IMG/VR virus record: IMGVR_UViG_3300025009_000208
Source: a virus
Strand: one strand, 5' to 3'
DNA length: 42,013 nt
The number at the start of each line of letters is the position of its first letter. Positions within the stretch are counted from its first letter, which is position 1. The position numbers and the translations under genes are program-made. Shown in pieces: positions 8,101 through 17,157 of the stretch. Below the pieces are notes generated by a model that saw nothing but the letters and a program-made list of their open reading frames with translations, made no database searches and had not been told where the DNA came from.

Positions 8101-11100
8101 CAGTAAGTATCACATCAAGATTGGCGACTTCGGATTTCTTTTAGCTCGTATGGCTAGAACTGATAGGCATTATTATTCCCGAAAAGAAGCTCCACATTTC
8201 GTAAATAAGTTTTCTTCCGGAGAACCAAATTATCGGGACTCCACATTCTTTCCACATTGGGTTCAACTTAACTGGCTTAATGGATATGATCAGGAGTTCT
8301 TTGATGATGGTGGTAAGTTCTACCGATCAAATGGACTTGATACCACTAGCCAATTAAAACTCCAATTAGAGAAAAACTTTTCTTCAGCCGGACAAACTCA
8401 AGCCGGAGTCAATGTAACAGTTTTGGATTCATGGAGGCAGACAACCGGGACATCAGCTTTTGGTGATGGTTCTGATGAAGCTTTAACTATATCAGCAGAT
8501 ACTACAGAAGCTCCGATTGATTCTGCTTGCACAGGAACATCTGGTTCTACAACTTTATCTGCAACTAATGCGTCTTTTGCTGCAGGACAAAAGGTTTTGA
8601 TTCATCAGACTCAAGGCACAGGGGCTGGAACTTATCAGTTTAATGAAATTTCAAGTTATTCTGCGGGAACAATTACTTTGACGGATGCTCTTAATGCTAC
8701 CTATGGAACAGGAGCACAAGTCAGAGTAATGAAACAATATACAGATGTAACCATTGATTCTGGTAAAACCTATACAGCAAAAGCTTGGGATGGGACTGTT
8801 GGAGGAATTTTGGCTTTCTATGCAAATGGAACAGTAACGGTGACAGGAACGATTACTGCTACAGGAAAAGGATTCAGAGGTGGTGCTGGAAGAAGTCCAT
8901 CTTCATCTGCTTTAATTGGTTATCAAGGAGAATCTTCTACAGGAACAGGAACAACAGCAACTACAGCTAATGGTATGGCAGGAGGAGGTGCTTATGGTGG
9001 TGATCCTGGGAGATATGGTGGAGGTGGTGCTGGACATGCTGCTGCGGGAACTGCTGGATCAGGATCTTCACCAGGAGCTGCTGGTGGAATAGGAGGAGAA
9101 GCAGATTTAGATACTATTTTTATGGGTGGTGGAGGTGGTGCTGGAGGACAAGATAGTTCACAGGCAGGTAGTGATGGAGGAAGGGGTGGAGGAATTATAA
9201 TGATAAAAGGTAAAACCGTTACTGTTTCTGGAAATATAACCAATAATGGAAATAATGGAAGTAATGGAGGTCAAGCTGGTGGTGGAGGTGGTGGTTCAGG
9301 TGGTTCTACTTATATAGCAACGCAACAAGGAACATTAGGAACAAATCTTTTGACTGTTGCCGCTGGTTCAGGTGGAACATCTACTTACATGTATGCTGGA
9401 GGAAATGGTGCTGTAGGAAGAATTGCAATAAAATATTTAACTTCTTACACAGGCACAACGACCCCAACAATAGATGCAACTCAAGACGGCACATTAACAG
9501 AAACTTCTGTAGACCCCTCTGCTGCACAAATAGTTGGAGATTCGGATGGAAAGATTTACTCGTGGGATGGAGCTTCTACCTATACGGAATTGTTTGATAC
9601 CAGGAGGCTTGAATGGTTTGAAACTGGAACTGATGCAGATAAAGTCGTGGGAGATACCGGGGGAACTGAAACAGCTCAAGCTCAAAGCTTTCAAGTAGAT
9701 GCTGCCTGTCAGATGAAAGCTGTGCAGGTCTATCTTAAAAAGGCAGCCGGAACTCCGGGAGATATTACAGTTAGAATTGAAACCAATTCAACGGATAAAC
9801 CATCAGGAACTTTGGTTAATGATAGTGGAGCAACCACAATCACCGCTTTTACTACCGCAACCTATGGTTGGATTACAGTAGAATTTCCGGCTGCGTTTTC
9901 TCTTTCAGCCACGACAACTTATTGGATTGTTCTCAAAACTGCAGCAGCAGCCAATGATCAAAATTATGCTTGGGCTGCGGATGCTTCATCTCCAGGTTAC
10001 TCTGCAGGAACTATGGCAGCCTCAACAGATGGTGGTTCTACTTGGTCTGCAGTTACAGGATCAGATGCTTACTTCAGGGTTCTTGGAAATGAAACCTCAA
10101 TTAACTGTTCTATATTAAGCACCCTAAGTGGATCAAATAAGATGTATTTTGGAACTGGACTTCAAAGTGGAACTACAAATGGAGATGCGAGAATTTACAG
10201 CTATGACGGAACAAATTTCGCATTGGTAAAGATATTTGCTACCGCAAATGAGTCCTCAGTAAATGCCATGTATCTGTTTGGCACTACTCAAAAGATGTAT
10301 ATCGGACTTGGAGCTGAGGCTAAGATTTATACCACAACAGATTTCTCAACATTTACTCTTACTAAAACGATTGATGTTCCGGGTGATCCCGGATGGGTTC
10401 TTGCAATAACAGAATATAATTCCAAGCTTTATGTGGCAGGTGGTTATCCGCAACAGCTTACAGGTAACAATTATCAATATCAGGGTTTTCTATATGCCTA
10501 TGATGAATATACCTGGACTAAGGTTGGAGATTTTGATCATACAGTTATTACATCTTTGGAATCTTTTGACTCCTTACTATTTATAGGAACGATTAAGAAA
10601 AAGATTTATGTATTTAACACCGCTTCTATTGATAAATTGTTTGAGTTTCCACATGATCTACAGATTACAGCGATTAAGAAGTGGGATGACAAACTTGCTT
10701 TTGCAACAGCTCCTACTCCTGGGAGTGCTGTTTCAGGATATGAAGGAATTTATCTCTTTGACAGAAACGGATTCCATCTTGCCTTTTCAGCTACAAGCAG
10801 AAGTTGGTATGCCATGACTGTCTTTAAGAATAACCTAATGGCAGGAAATGATGATGGATATGTATATCAAACTAGCTCAAACACATACATATCTACGGGT
10901 TGGTTGCAATCTTCTTATGACGAAGCCCAACTTCCCTCAATAGATAAACTCAGGAGATCGGTTACTTTGATGTATGAAAGTATGCCAAGCGGATGCACGA
11001 TTGTTGTTTCTTACAAAACAGATGAATCAGAAGCGGATTGGACTAGCCTAGGAACTGCATCCACCGGAACTGAAACCACTATCAATTTTGGTGTTGCGGT

Positions 11101-11716
11101 CTATTCCAAGAAGATTTCATTTAAGGTAACTTTTGCAACGACATCATCAGCAAACACGCCCAAACTTAAAAAGGTAATTCATAAATATGTTCTTGCTCCA
11201 GACTTCAAGTATATGTGGGATATGAAATTGCTTTGTGCTGATAATATTACCTGGCTTGACGGAGAAGAACCTATCGCAATTTTGCAAACCGCTACAACAG
11301 GAGGGGAAACAACACTCACTCTCAAGTCCTCAGATGATGCTTCTCCCCTGGGCGGTTTTCCAGATCCAAATGGAAGCACAATGTATTGTTCAATCATTAA
11401 CCCAACAACGGGGGTGGCAGATAGATTTACTTACACAGGTTTAACTGCAACAACTCTTACCGGAGTTCCATCAACAGGAGCTAACGCTGTGGGTGCACAC
11501 GCTGCAGGTAGTGTTGTAAGAATAACAGGAGGAGATATGCACCAGAAATTGCTTGATTTGAAAGAAGCCAAGACACTATATACATTTACAGATATTGACG
11601 GACTTACTTACACAGTTTTGTTCCATGCTTTCTCGGAAGAAAACTTTGTTATCAACCAGGATGATTATTGGGGAGGTTTGGAAAATGAAGTGCCGATCAC
11701 ACTACTAGAAGCTTGA
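8087..11716 (+). CDS. Large (1209-aa) tail / host-recognition protein with glycine-rich segment
   Basis: This is the largest ORF. It has a central GGGGAGG/GGQAGGGGGGSGG tract and a long beta-rich C-terminal part with repeated YxG/FxT-type blades. It sits in the tail module. Confidence 0.6.
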   Translation: MAAINSKYHIKIGDFGFLLARMARTDRHYYSRKEAPHFVNKFSSGEPNYRDSTFFPHWVQLNWLNGYDQEFFDDGGKFYRSNGLDTTSQLKLQLEKNFSSAGQTQAGVNVTVLDSWRQTTGTSAFGDGSDEALTISADTTEAPIDSACTGTSGSTTLSATNASFAAGQKVLIHQTQGTGAGTYQFNEISSYSAGTITLTDALNATYGTGAQVRVMKQYTDVTIDSGKTYTAKAWDGTVGGILAFYANGTVTVTGTITATGKGFRGGAGRSPSSSALIGYQGESSTGTGTTATTANGMAGGGAYGGDPGRYGGGGAGHAAAGTAGSGSSPGAAGGIGGEADLDTIFMGGGGGAGGQDSSQAGSDGGRGGGIIMIKGKTVTVSGNITNNGNNGSNGGQAGGGGGGSGGSTYIATQQGTLGTNLLTVAAGSGGTSTYMYAGGNGAVGRIAIKYLTSYTGTTTPTIDATQDGTLTETSVDPSAAQIVGDSDGKIYSWDGASTYTELFDTRRLEWFETGTDADKVVGDTGGTETAQAQSFQVDAACQMKAVQVYLKKAAGTPGDITVRIETNSTDKPSGTLVNDSGATTITAFTTATYGWITVEFPAAFSLSATTTYWIVLKTAAAANDQNYAWAADASSPGYSAGTMAASTDGGSTWSAVTGSDAYFRVLGNETSINCSILSTLSGSNKMYFGTGLQSGTTNGDARIYSYDGTNFALVKIFATANESSVNAMYLFGTTQKMYIGLGAEAKIYTTTDFSTFTLTKTIDVPGDPGWVLAITEYNSKLYVAGGYPQQLTGNNYQYQGFLYAYDEYTWTKVGDFDHTVITSLESFDSLLFIGTIKKKIYVFNTASIDKLFEFPHDLQITAIKKWDDKLAFATAPTPGSAVSGYEGIYLFDRNGFHLAFSATSRSWYAMTVFKNNLMAGNDDGYVYQTSSNTYISTGWLQSSYDEAQLPSIDKLRRSVTLMYESMPSGCTIVVSYKTDESEADWTSLGTASTGTETTINFGVAVYSKKISFKVTFATTSSANTPKLKKVIHKYVLAPDFKYMWDMKLLCADNITWLDGEEPIAILQTATTGGETTLTLKSSDDASPLGGFPDPNGSTMYCSIINPTTGVADRFTYTGLTATTLTGVPSTGANAVGAHAAGSVVRITGGDMHQKLLDLKEAKTLYTFTDIDGLTYTVLFHAFSEENFVINQDDYWGGLENEVPITLLEA

Positions 11717-11743
11717 CAATGAGTAAGCTAGGTATGACATAAT
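11713..11743 (+). promoter_or_regulatory. Promoter TTGACA-N19-CATAAT (TGn upstream of -10)
   Basis: TTGACA at 11713-11718, TGA then CATAAT at 11738-11743, ATG at 11750, no SD. Confidence 0.5.
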
Positions 11744-11749
11744 GAATAT

Positions 11750-11935
11750 ATGAGCAAGAAAAAGGAATCGGCACTTAACAAAAAGATTGTTGATGGATTT
11801 GATGCTCAAGACATTATTGCGATTCTAGTTATAGTAGGTGGTTTTATTTTAATGGCATTTAAGATTGATACAGTTGTTGCCGGGCTGATGACATTAGTTG
11901 CAGGGTTTTATTTCGGAAAAAAAACTAAACAATAA
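11750..11935 (+). CDS. Small membrane protein (two hydrophobic segments)
   Basis: 61 aa with IIAILVIVGGFILMAF and VVAGLMTLVAGFYF. Confidence 0.55.
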   Translation: MSKKKESALNKKIVDGFDAQDIIAILVIVGGFILMAFKIDTVVAGLMTLVAGFYFGKKTKQ

Positions 11936-12132
11936 TGAAAGAAAACAAAATAAGATTCGCATTTTATGCTTTTATAGGAATATTCGGATTTTTATTGCTT
12001 ATTGTTGATACAACTCCAGGGCACAGATTGACAGATCATCTTGGTTTCTTCAAAGAAAATCTTGACGCAGTAGAAGGAGTCATCTTTATATTCTTTTCAG
12101 GATTTGAAATAGGGAAGCTGAAGCAAAAATGA
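11935..12132 (+). CDS. Small membrane protein
   Basis: TAATG overlap with the previous gene. 65 aa with FAFYAFIGIFGFLLLIV and VIFIFFSGF. Confidence 0.55.
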   Translation: MKENKIRFAFYAFIGIFGFLLLIVDTTPGHRLTDHLGFFKENLDAVEGVIFIFFSGFEIGKLKQK

Positions 12133-12464
12133 GTGATCCATCACAATTAAAAGCACAAAGAGAGGCTATGGAAAAGCAGCGTTTTGGTTTTACTCGTGCT
12201 GAAGTAATTGCAGCCAAAGGTAATAAATGTGCCATACCACTTCAATACCCTGGAGATTTTCATGAAGGTGATCTTGTTATTGATCATATCAAGGGTGGGG
12301 GTAGGCATGACACCGAGATGGGAATGTTTGTCCAGGGTAAAACTCGCAGCATGAGTAATCTTCGGGTGCTTTGTAGGCGACATGCAGGAATGATAGATAG
12401 ACTAGACTTTACAAAAGGAATTGGTCATAATACTAAGGGTAATCCTAATAACCCATCACAATGA
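12129..12464 (+). CDS. HNH-like endonuclease
   Basis: GDLVIDHIKGGG ... SNLRVLCRRHAG, a His ... Asn ... His arrangement. ATGA overlap with the previous gene. Confidence 0.5.
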   Translation: MSDPSQLKAQREAMEKQRFGFTRAEVIAAKGNKCAIPLQYPGDFHEGDLVIDHIKGGGRHDTEMGMFVQGKTRSMSNLRVLCRRHAGMIDRLDFTKGIGHNTKGNPNNPSQ

Positions 12465-12601
12465 TAGTAAGAACAAAAGGTGGTTATATGCTCAGGAGCA
12501 AGACAACCGGGAGAAATCTCGGAACGGCACAATCGCTTGAAGGAATTAAAAAGCGTGAAAGACAAGTAGAATATTTCAAACATTTAAGGAGTAAAAAATA
12601 A
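12461..12601 (+). CDS. Small basic protein (46 aa), below the ORF-track cutoff
   Basis: ATGA overlap with the HNH stop. Translation is MIVRTKGGYMLRSKTTGRNLGTAQSLEGIKKRERQVEYFKHLRSKK. It ends 1 nt before the next start. Confidence 0.5.
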   Translation: MIVRTKGGYMLRSKTTGRNLGTAQSLEGIKKRERQVEYFKHLRSKK

Positions 12602-12602
12602 T

Positions 12603-12992
12603 ATGGCATTTCCTACCATTCCAGAAAAATATTTAGAAGATGAGTTTCCTAAAAAAACCTTACCCCAAAAGGTTGAAGATACAGTTGTAGTTGCTGCAAG
12701 TAAAATTTCCGGAGGAGCTTCTAGTTTTTTAGACTTCTTAATCGTTTTGGTCGCAGCATTTTGGTATTTTTTCTTCACCGGGATTGCAATTGTTCTCAAT
12801 AGAAAGCTCCCTGTTCAATGGTTGAGGCTTGGAACACATCTTGGGATGAGTAGAGTAACATCTCTCATTAAAAACGCCTCGCAGAATCCACTACAGAAGG
12901 TCATAGCCACGAAAAATGAACCAAAAAGGCAATTCAAAGTGGTTGATATAGATACTAAACGACCTTTTAAGCCTATGAAGGTTTCTAAATAG
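12603..12992 (+). CDS. Membrane protein, last gene of the rightward arm
   Basis: AAGGAG SD upstream. Hydrophobic core FLDFLIVLVAAFWYFFFTGIAIVL. Confidence 0.55.
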   Translation: MAFPTIPEKYLEDEFPKKTLPQKVEDTVVVAASKISGGASSFLDFLIVLVAAFWYFFFTGIAIVLNRKLPVQWLRLGTHLGMSRVTSLIKNASQNPLQKVIATKNEPKRQFKVVDIDTKRPFKPMKVSK

Positions 12993-13120
12993 TCTTTCCG
13001 TTACCCGCCCACCCCAAACTTCGTCTTTCTGCTAAAATTTTTTCTTTATTTTTATGCCACCACCTAAGTTTCGTTTGTCTTATTCTCTCCTTTTTGTTCT
13101 TATCAGATGATAGTTGACTT

Positions 13121-13732
13121 CTAAGCATTTTTCTTAATTCTTAATAGCATCCATTGACCTCTATTATATCTTAATACATTTTCAATTCTTTTTCCAAATA
13201 CACCTCGCCAGTCCCTATTTGGTTTGACTGCACAAACTACTTCATTCACCCCCTCCAATAGATGATTGACATAGCTTTCAGCATTATGATCATCCCAATG
13301 ATCTATGATTCCAATGAAGATTGCGATTCTACTTGCCGGGAAACCTTCTCCATCTAACATTATTTTTTTGAAGAACCCCGCTTGTCTTTCTGCATCTCTT
13401 TTGGCACGACTTCTTTCCTCCTCATTTTTGACAATGACATTAACAGGGTAAGTCCATTCGGAAAGTTCAATGGCAAGAGGCAGAGCCTCATAGCCAATGA
13501 CAAGAAGTGGAGCATCAGATTCTGTGGTATAGGTTGTTATAATATAACGCCACAGGGGATTGTGGACTCCTAAACGATCATTATATGTGGCATCATCAAG
13601 ATAATTGGCTTCCTCAAGAGTTCGTGAAGGGTGATAGCTATTATCTTTCCACCCTTGTTGTTGGCTTGGGTGATTGTAACCTCCTCTTTGACCTCTTTGA
13701 GTCCCGCTTTTTAAGTGATCGTGTATGTTCAT
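13121..13732 (-). CDS. Hypothetical protein (possibly Rossmann-like), last gene of the leftward arm
   Basis: 203-aa ORF with ATG at 13732. LLVIGYEALPLAIELSE ... IAIFIGIIDH weakly resembles a class I methyltransferase fold, but no catalytic motif is recognisable. Confidence 0.4.
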   Translation of the reverse strand: MNIHDHLKSGTQRGQRGGYNHPSQQQGWKDNSYHPSRTLEEANYLDDATYNDRLGVHNPLWRYIITTYTTESDAPLLVIGYEALPLAIELSEWTYPVNVIVKNEEERSRAKRDAERQAGFFKKIMLDGEGFPASRIAIFIGIIDHWDDHNAESYVNHLLEGVNEVVCAVKPNRDWRGVFGKRIENVLRYNRGQWMLLRIKKNA

Positions 13733-14021
13733 GCCATTTTCTAGATTTTACAGGATATTTCAAAAATTCAACATTTATCTCACCGCAAGGAGAATCGGTT
13801 ACTACATAGAGGTGCTGAAACTGACGGAGATTTTCAGATACTTTTACCTGCAAAAACCTTACTTCAAAGTGAGAAGCGTTCCCACAATCGGCAGGTTTAA
13901 TTGCTATAACATCTGCTATTCCTTTGCTTCCGGCAGCTCTAATAGCGTAATAGCCTTCCTTCTCAAGTTTGAGTTTGAGTTGTGATTCCCTTGCTCGGCT
14001 TCTGCGATAATTTATATTCAT
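13641..14021 (-). CDS. Hjc-type (archaeal-like) Holliday junction resolvase, PD-(D/E)XK fold
   Basis: RARESQLKLKLEKEGYYAIRAAGSKGIADVIAIK...VRFLQVKVS parallels the Hjc pattern ERELV..L...G..v.RA.gS...DiiA...l.iEvK. The 3' 92 nt overlap the next gene. Confidence 0.6.
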   Translation of the reverse strand: MNINYRRSRARESQLKLKLEKEGYYAIRAAGSKGIADVIAIKPADCGNASHFEVRFLQVKVSENLRQFQHLYVVTDSPCGEINVEFLKYPVKSRKWHEHTRSLKKRDSKRSKRRLQSPKPTTRVER

Positions 14022-14283
14022 GTTTTTTGCCTCTGGTATTTTCTAATATATTGAAAAGTAACTTGGTTATTTTCTTGAGCTTGATCTCTATTAGTTTATA
14101 CCTTCTACAGGCTTTACATCTAGTAGGAAGCGGAATCTTTTTATCCTTGAAACGCCCATATTCCTCAATAGAAACCTTGAAAGGATTGCCACACTCAATA
14201 CAGTTTGACTCTGTTGAGAGTAGTTTGCTCCTATGAACCCTAACCATTGTTGTTTCAGTTGTTATTTTTATTGGTTTTTCCAT
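13963..14283 (-). CDS. Zinc-ribbon protein
   Basis: CIECGNPF...EEYGRF...PLPTRCKACRR. I chose ATG at 14283 (GGGTGA 8 nt upstream). The track ORF starts at a GTG at 14295. Confidence 0.5.
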   Translation of the reverse strand: MEKPIKITTETTMVRVHRSKLLSTESNCIECGNPFKVSIEEYGRFKDKKIPLPTRCKACRRYKLIEIKLKKITKLLFNILENTRGKKHEYKLSQKPSKGITTQTQT

Positions 14284-14569
14284 CTTTCTTTTCACCCGCC
14301 TTTTCTAATGTTGGTTTGGGCGTGGGTATTCTAGTGCAAACAAGTTTTCCGGTTAGGAAAGCCTGTTGCCAATTCGGACTCCATTTAGCAGGATCAATTG
14401 CTTCACTTTTAAGAATATCTAATTCAATTTCTTTTAGTTGATTCTGCCAAAACAACATCTCCATCTGCCTTTCTTTTAAGGGCTTCAGAACAAACAATAA
14501 ATCTCCCATCATTCCACCTGATAGACTTACTGTTTTTGTATTCGGATCTTTTTGATTCTTTTTACTCAT
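14255..14569 (-). CDS. Hypothetical protein
   Basis: 104-aa ORF with ATG start. It overlaps its upstream neighbour by 4 nt and its downstream neighbour by 29 nt. Confidence 0.5.
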   Translation of the reverse strand: MSKKNQKDPNTKTVSLSGGMMGDLLFVLKPLKERQMEMLFWQNQLKEIELDILKSEAIDPAKWSPNWQQAFLTGKLVCTRIPTPKPTLEKAGEKKDGKTNKNNN

Positions 14570-14988
14570 ACAAAATAAAAACCTCCGGATTTTAATAATC
14601 TGCGAACTTCCTCCTCATATTCAACCGGGACTTCAATTTCTTTACCTACCCAGATTTCCCTTCCAACGGAGGCTTCAAGTTCACGACCATCAACTGACTT
14701 GATTATTACTGTTCCTTCAGGTTTCACGATTACACTTGCAGTTACATTTTCAGCCGGGACTTTAGCTTTCGTTCCGTCTTTAAGAGTAACTTCAACCATA
14801 TCAACAACTTTAACTTTCTTTTCTGTGGGTTTGACTTCTTTCTTTTCGGGTTTAGAAACCTCACCTGTTGAGATAATTTTCTCAATAAGTTCTTTCTTTT
14901 TCATTCCCTTGAAATCAATGCCTCTAGCCCTAGCTAACGACCAGAGTTTGCCCATATTCATGTCTTTTAACGATTCTTGACCTTCCAT
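14566..14988 (-). CDS. Protein with N-terminal Rho-N/HeH (SAP-like) DNA-binding motif
   Basis: LWSLARARGIDFKGMKKKELIEKII matches the helix-extension-helix pattern, followed by a Lys/Glu-rich linker. Confidence 0.45.
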   Translation of the reverse strand: MEGQESLKDMNMGKLWSLARARGIDFKGMKKKELIEKIISTGEVSKPEKKEVKPTEKKVKVVDMVEVTLKDGTKAKVPAENVTASVIVKPEGTVIIKSVDGRELEASVGREIWVGKEIEVPVEYEEEVRRLLKSGGFYFV

Positions 14989-15248
14989 TATTGACTCACC
15001 CCCTTTTCTTTTTCATCATTCACCATTTCAGTATTCTTTAAGAACTCAACCTGGCTTTGATCAACCACTCCAGCAACAATCTGACCATCTTCTGCTGCTT
15101 TATCAATTGTCCAATGGGATTTACGAAATTCCCGGGCTGCTTCATTATCCGGAACTCTGAGGTTTTCCTGAGAAGCAGGACTATTAGGTGTAGAAACCTG
15201 TGGTATTTGTGGAGTATTCTGAACTCCTGAAAAATCTGTTAGATCCAT
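14988..15248 (-). CDS. Hypothetical acidic protein
   Basis: 86-aa ORF with ATG at 15248. It shares 1 nt (14988) with the next gene's start codon. Confidence 0.5.
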   Translation of the reverse strand: MDLTDFSGVQNTPQIPQVSTPNSPASQENLRVPDNEAAREFRKSHWTIDKAAEDGQIVAGVVDQSQVEFLKNTEMVNDEKEKGVSQ

Positions 15249-15249
15249 A

Positions 15250-15387
15250 TTATTTGCTAATTACCTTTTTTATTCCTTTTCCAGTTACCGCATAGAATAA
15301 GTGTATTGGTAATAAATATAATAAAATTATCGGTAACAATAATAATATTAGGAGTAACTTCCTAATCATGTCAACTAGATACTTCAT
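15250..15387 (-). CDS. Small (45-aa) membrane protein of the lysis cassette, below the ORF-track cutoff
   Basis: ATGA overlap with the stop of the holin-like gene. Translation is MKYLVDMIRKLLLILLLLPIILLYLLPIHLFYAVTGKGIKKVISK. Confidence 0.45.
   Translation of the reverse strand: MKYLVDMIRKLLLILLLLPIILLYLLPIHLFYAVTGKGIKKVISK
15345..15379 (-). promoter_or_regulatory. Copy of the 13-mer promoter motif TCTAGTTGACATG plus TAATAT -10 (18-nt spacer)
   Basis: Reverse strand reads TATCTAGTTGACATGATTAGGAAGTTACTCCTAATAT. TTGACA is at 15374-15369 and TAATAT at 15350-15345. Confidence 0.5.
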
Positions 15388-15620
15388 TTCCCTCCTATCT
15401 TTTGAGCAATCTTATAAACTCCTGAGCTTGAGATACCTACAGCCAAACCTATTTCAATACCTGGCAATCCGAACCAGCCCAAGTAGCCAAAGACTCCTCC
15501 GGCAACAACTGCTGTCATGAACATAATAAAACTTTTCCAATTCTTATCTATAGCAAATTGGATGCCATTGACTAAACCTATTAAAACGAATCCTGCCATT
15601 GCAAATTCTTGAAAATCCAT
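15384..15620 (-). CDS. Holin-like small membrane protein
   Basis: ATG at 15620 with GGGAGTGA 8 nt upstream (the track ORF starts at GTG 15629). Several hydrophobic segments (FAMAGFVLIGLV, FIMFMTAVVAGGVFGYLGWF, IGLAVGI). It lies close to the endolysin. Confidence 0.55.
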   Translation of the reverse strand: MDFQEFAMAGFVLIGLVNGIQFAIDKNWKSFIMFMTAVVAGGVFGYLGWFGLPGIEIGLAVGISSSGVYKIAQKIGGK

Positions 15621-15636
15621 AATACTCACTCCCTTT

Positions 15637-16008
15637 CTAACTATTCATTCTACTCCACCAAGCTTTAATTTTGGTGATCAAACTTTCAGCCGGGATGTGA
15701 ACCCGAACAACCTTCTTATTTACAAACTGTTTCATTTGCTTTGCCATTGGAGCATTGGCTTCAGTTACGGCATCCATAACTGCATCTTTAGTTTTTACCT
15801 GAAAGCGGGTAAGTATTTCCATAATTCCCTTAAGCGAGGCTTGGATTGTAGCCATGTCAATCTTGAGATTTTCAATATCTTTCCTGTCAGTTGAAAGATC
15901 CCGATCTATTCTATTTACATCTTCATCCAGGTCGGACAGTCTTTTGTTCATTGATTGTAACTCCGAGAAGATAGGATTTGTTTGTGCACCATTTGTGTTT
16001 TCAGTCAT
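15637..16008 (-). CDS. Coiled-coil protein of the lysis cassette
   Basis: ATG at 16008, 11 nt after the endolysin stop. The longer track ORF would overlap the endolysin by 92 nt. Heptad-like LSDLDEDVNRIDRDL...IENLKIDM and a Trp-rich tail KIKAWWSRMNS. Confidence 0.45.
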   Translation of the reverse strand: MTENTNGAQTNPIFSELQSMNKRLSDLDEDVNRIDRDLSTDRKDIENLKIDMATIQASLKGIMEILTRFQVKTKDAVMDAVTEANAPMAKQMKQFVNKKVVRVHIPAESLITKIKAWWSRMNS

Positions 16009-16018
16009 AATAGTATGA

Positions 16019-16768
16019 TTATTGCGGAAGAAGTGCTTTGATCTTAGCCCATTTCTGCCACCACCATCCCGAACCATACAAAACATCATGGATGGATTTG
16101 AGAAGTGCAAGAGAAGTATTTGGCAAGGCTTCTAATTCGGTTATTTTATTGTTAAGTTTAATTAGATCTACCTGCATGGTATCAACCCTTGTTAGCAAAG
16201 CATCCTTCTCGTTTAAGAGAGTTACTATTCTTCTTTCCTGGTCTGCAATTAAGCTTCTTACTGCCTGGACTTCCATGTTGTTGCCATTCGCATCAATAAT
16301 CGGAAGTATGGTTTGATCAGTTATCTCCGGAGCTATGGATCTGAACCTCAGAAAGCCCAGGACATTATCATAGACATGGGTAATAAGCATACATTTGTTA
16401 TTGTAATCATCCGAAGTCGTGTTCCAGTTTTGATCAAAGGTCTGGAAAGTGCTCGTATCTCCAATTCCGTTTGCTACTGATACATGCCCGGCTGTGCCAC
16501 CCTTGAACACAACAATATCTCCCACCTTTGGAACTGCAAGTGCGGTATTAGGAACTAACTCAAAATACTTAACTGTTAAATCATTTGGTTTTGTGTAGAT
16601 CTCTGAAGCATATAAGTGCCTGATTGTATCTCGTGGAATATTAAGTGCATCCAACCAAGCATAGGCTAAGTCCATACATTGATTGATGTTTGATGGATCG
16701 TTTACCTCACAAGGTTTTCCATTCCACTTGCTGAAAAACGCATTGAACTTGTCTTTCATGTTATTCAT
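16019..16768 (-). CDS. Endolysin: N-terminal CHAP amidase/peptidase domain plus C-terminal coiled coil
   Basis: Catalytic Cys context NINQCMDLAYAW and His context GDIVVFKGGTAGHVSVANG. The C-terminus is coiled coil ending in GWWWQKWAKIKALLPQ. Confidence 0.85.
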   Translation of the reverse strand: MNNMKDKFNAFFSKWNGKPCEVNDPSNINQCMDLAYAWLDALNIPRDTIRHLYASEIYTKPNDLTVKYFELVPNTALAVPKVGDIVVFKGGTAGHVSVANGIGDTSTFQTFDQNWNTTSDDYNNKCMLITHVYDNVLGFLRFRSIAPEITDQTILPIIDANGNNMEVQAVRSLIADQERRIVTLLNEKDALLTRVDTMQVDLIKLNNKITELEALPNTSLALLKSIHDVLYGSGWWWQKWAKIKALLPQ

Positions 16769-17157
16769 TATACTCTACTTCTTTGTCTTGGTGTCAATTT
16801 TTCTATTCTTATTTTACCAACTAATTTTGCAGATCCTTTTGTTTCCGTTTCTATCTTTATATTTTTTCCACCCTTGTATGTAGTGAAAACGATATTCTCA
16901 GATCTTGGTCTAGCCATATCAAGACCTGCATATACTAATTTCGGAGCTGCAGCATTTAACATTAACGCTGTGTAGTAATCAAGAGTTTCGGATACTTTTA
17001 TTTTTTTCTTTTTAGATCCGATTTTGATCCAATTAAATTCTCTTGTAGCTAAATAAAGATGATCATATTCATCACATCTTTCCAACCAGGGAAGCCTGAA
17101 TTTAAGTAAGTATTTGTTTTCTGTAATCGTTATGTATTTACTTTTAATCTTTGCCAT
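16768..17157 (-). CDS. Hypothetical protein
   Basis: ATG at 17157 with GGAGGA 8 nt upstream. The track ORF starts 18 nt further upstream. Confidence 0.5.
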   Translation of the reverse strand: MAKIKSKYITITENKYLLKFRLPWLERCDEYDHLYLATREFNWIKIGSKKKKIKVSETLDYYTALMLNAAAPKLVYAGLDMARPRSENIVFTTYKGGKNIKIETETKGSAKLVGKIRIEKLTPRQRSRV

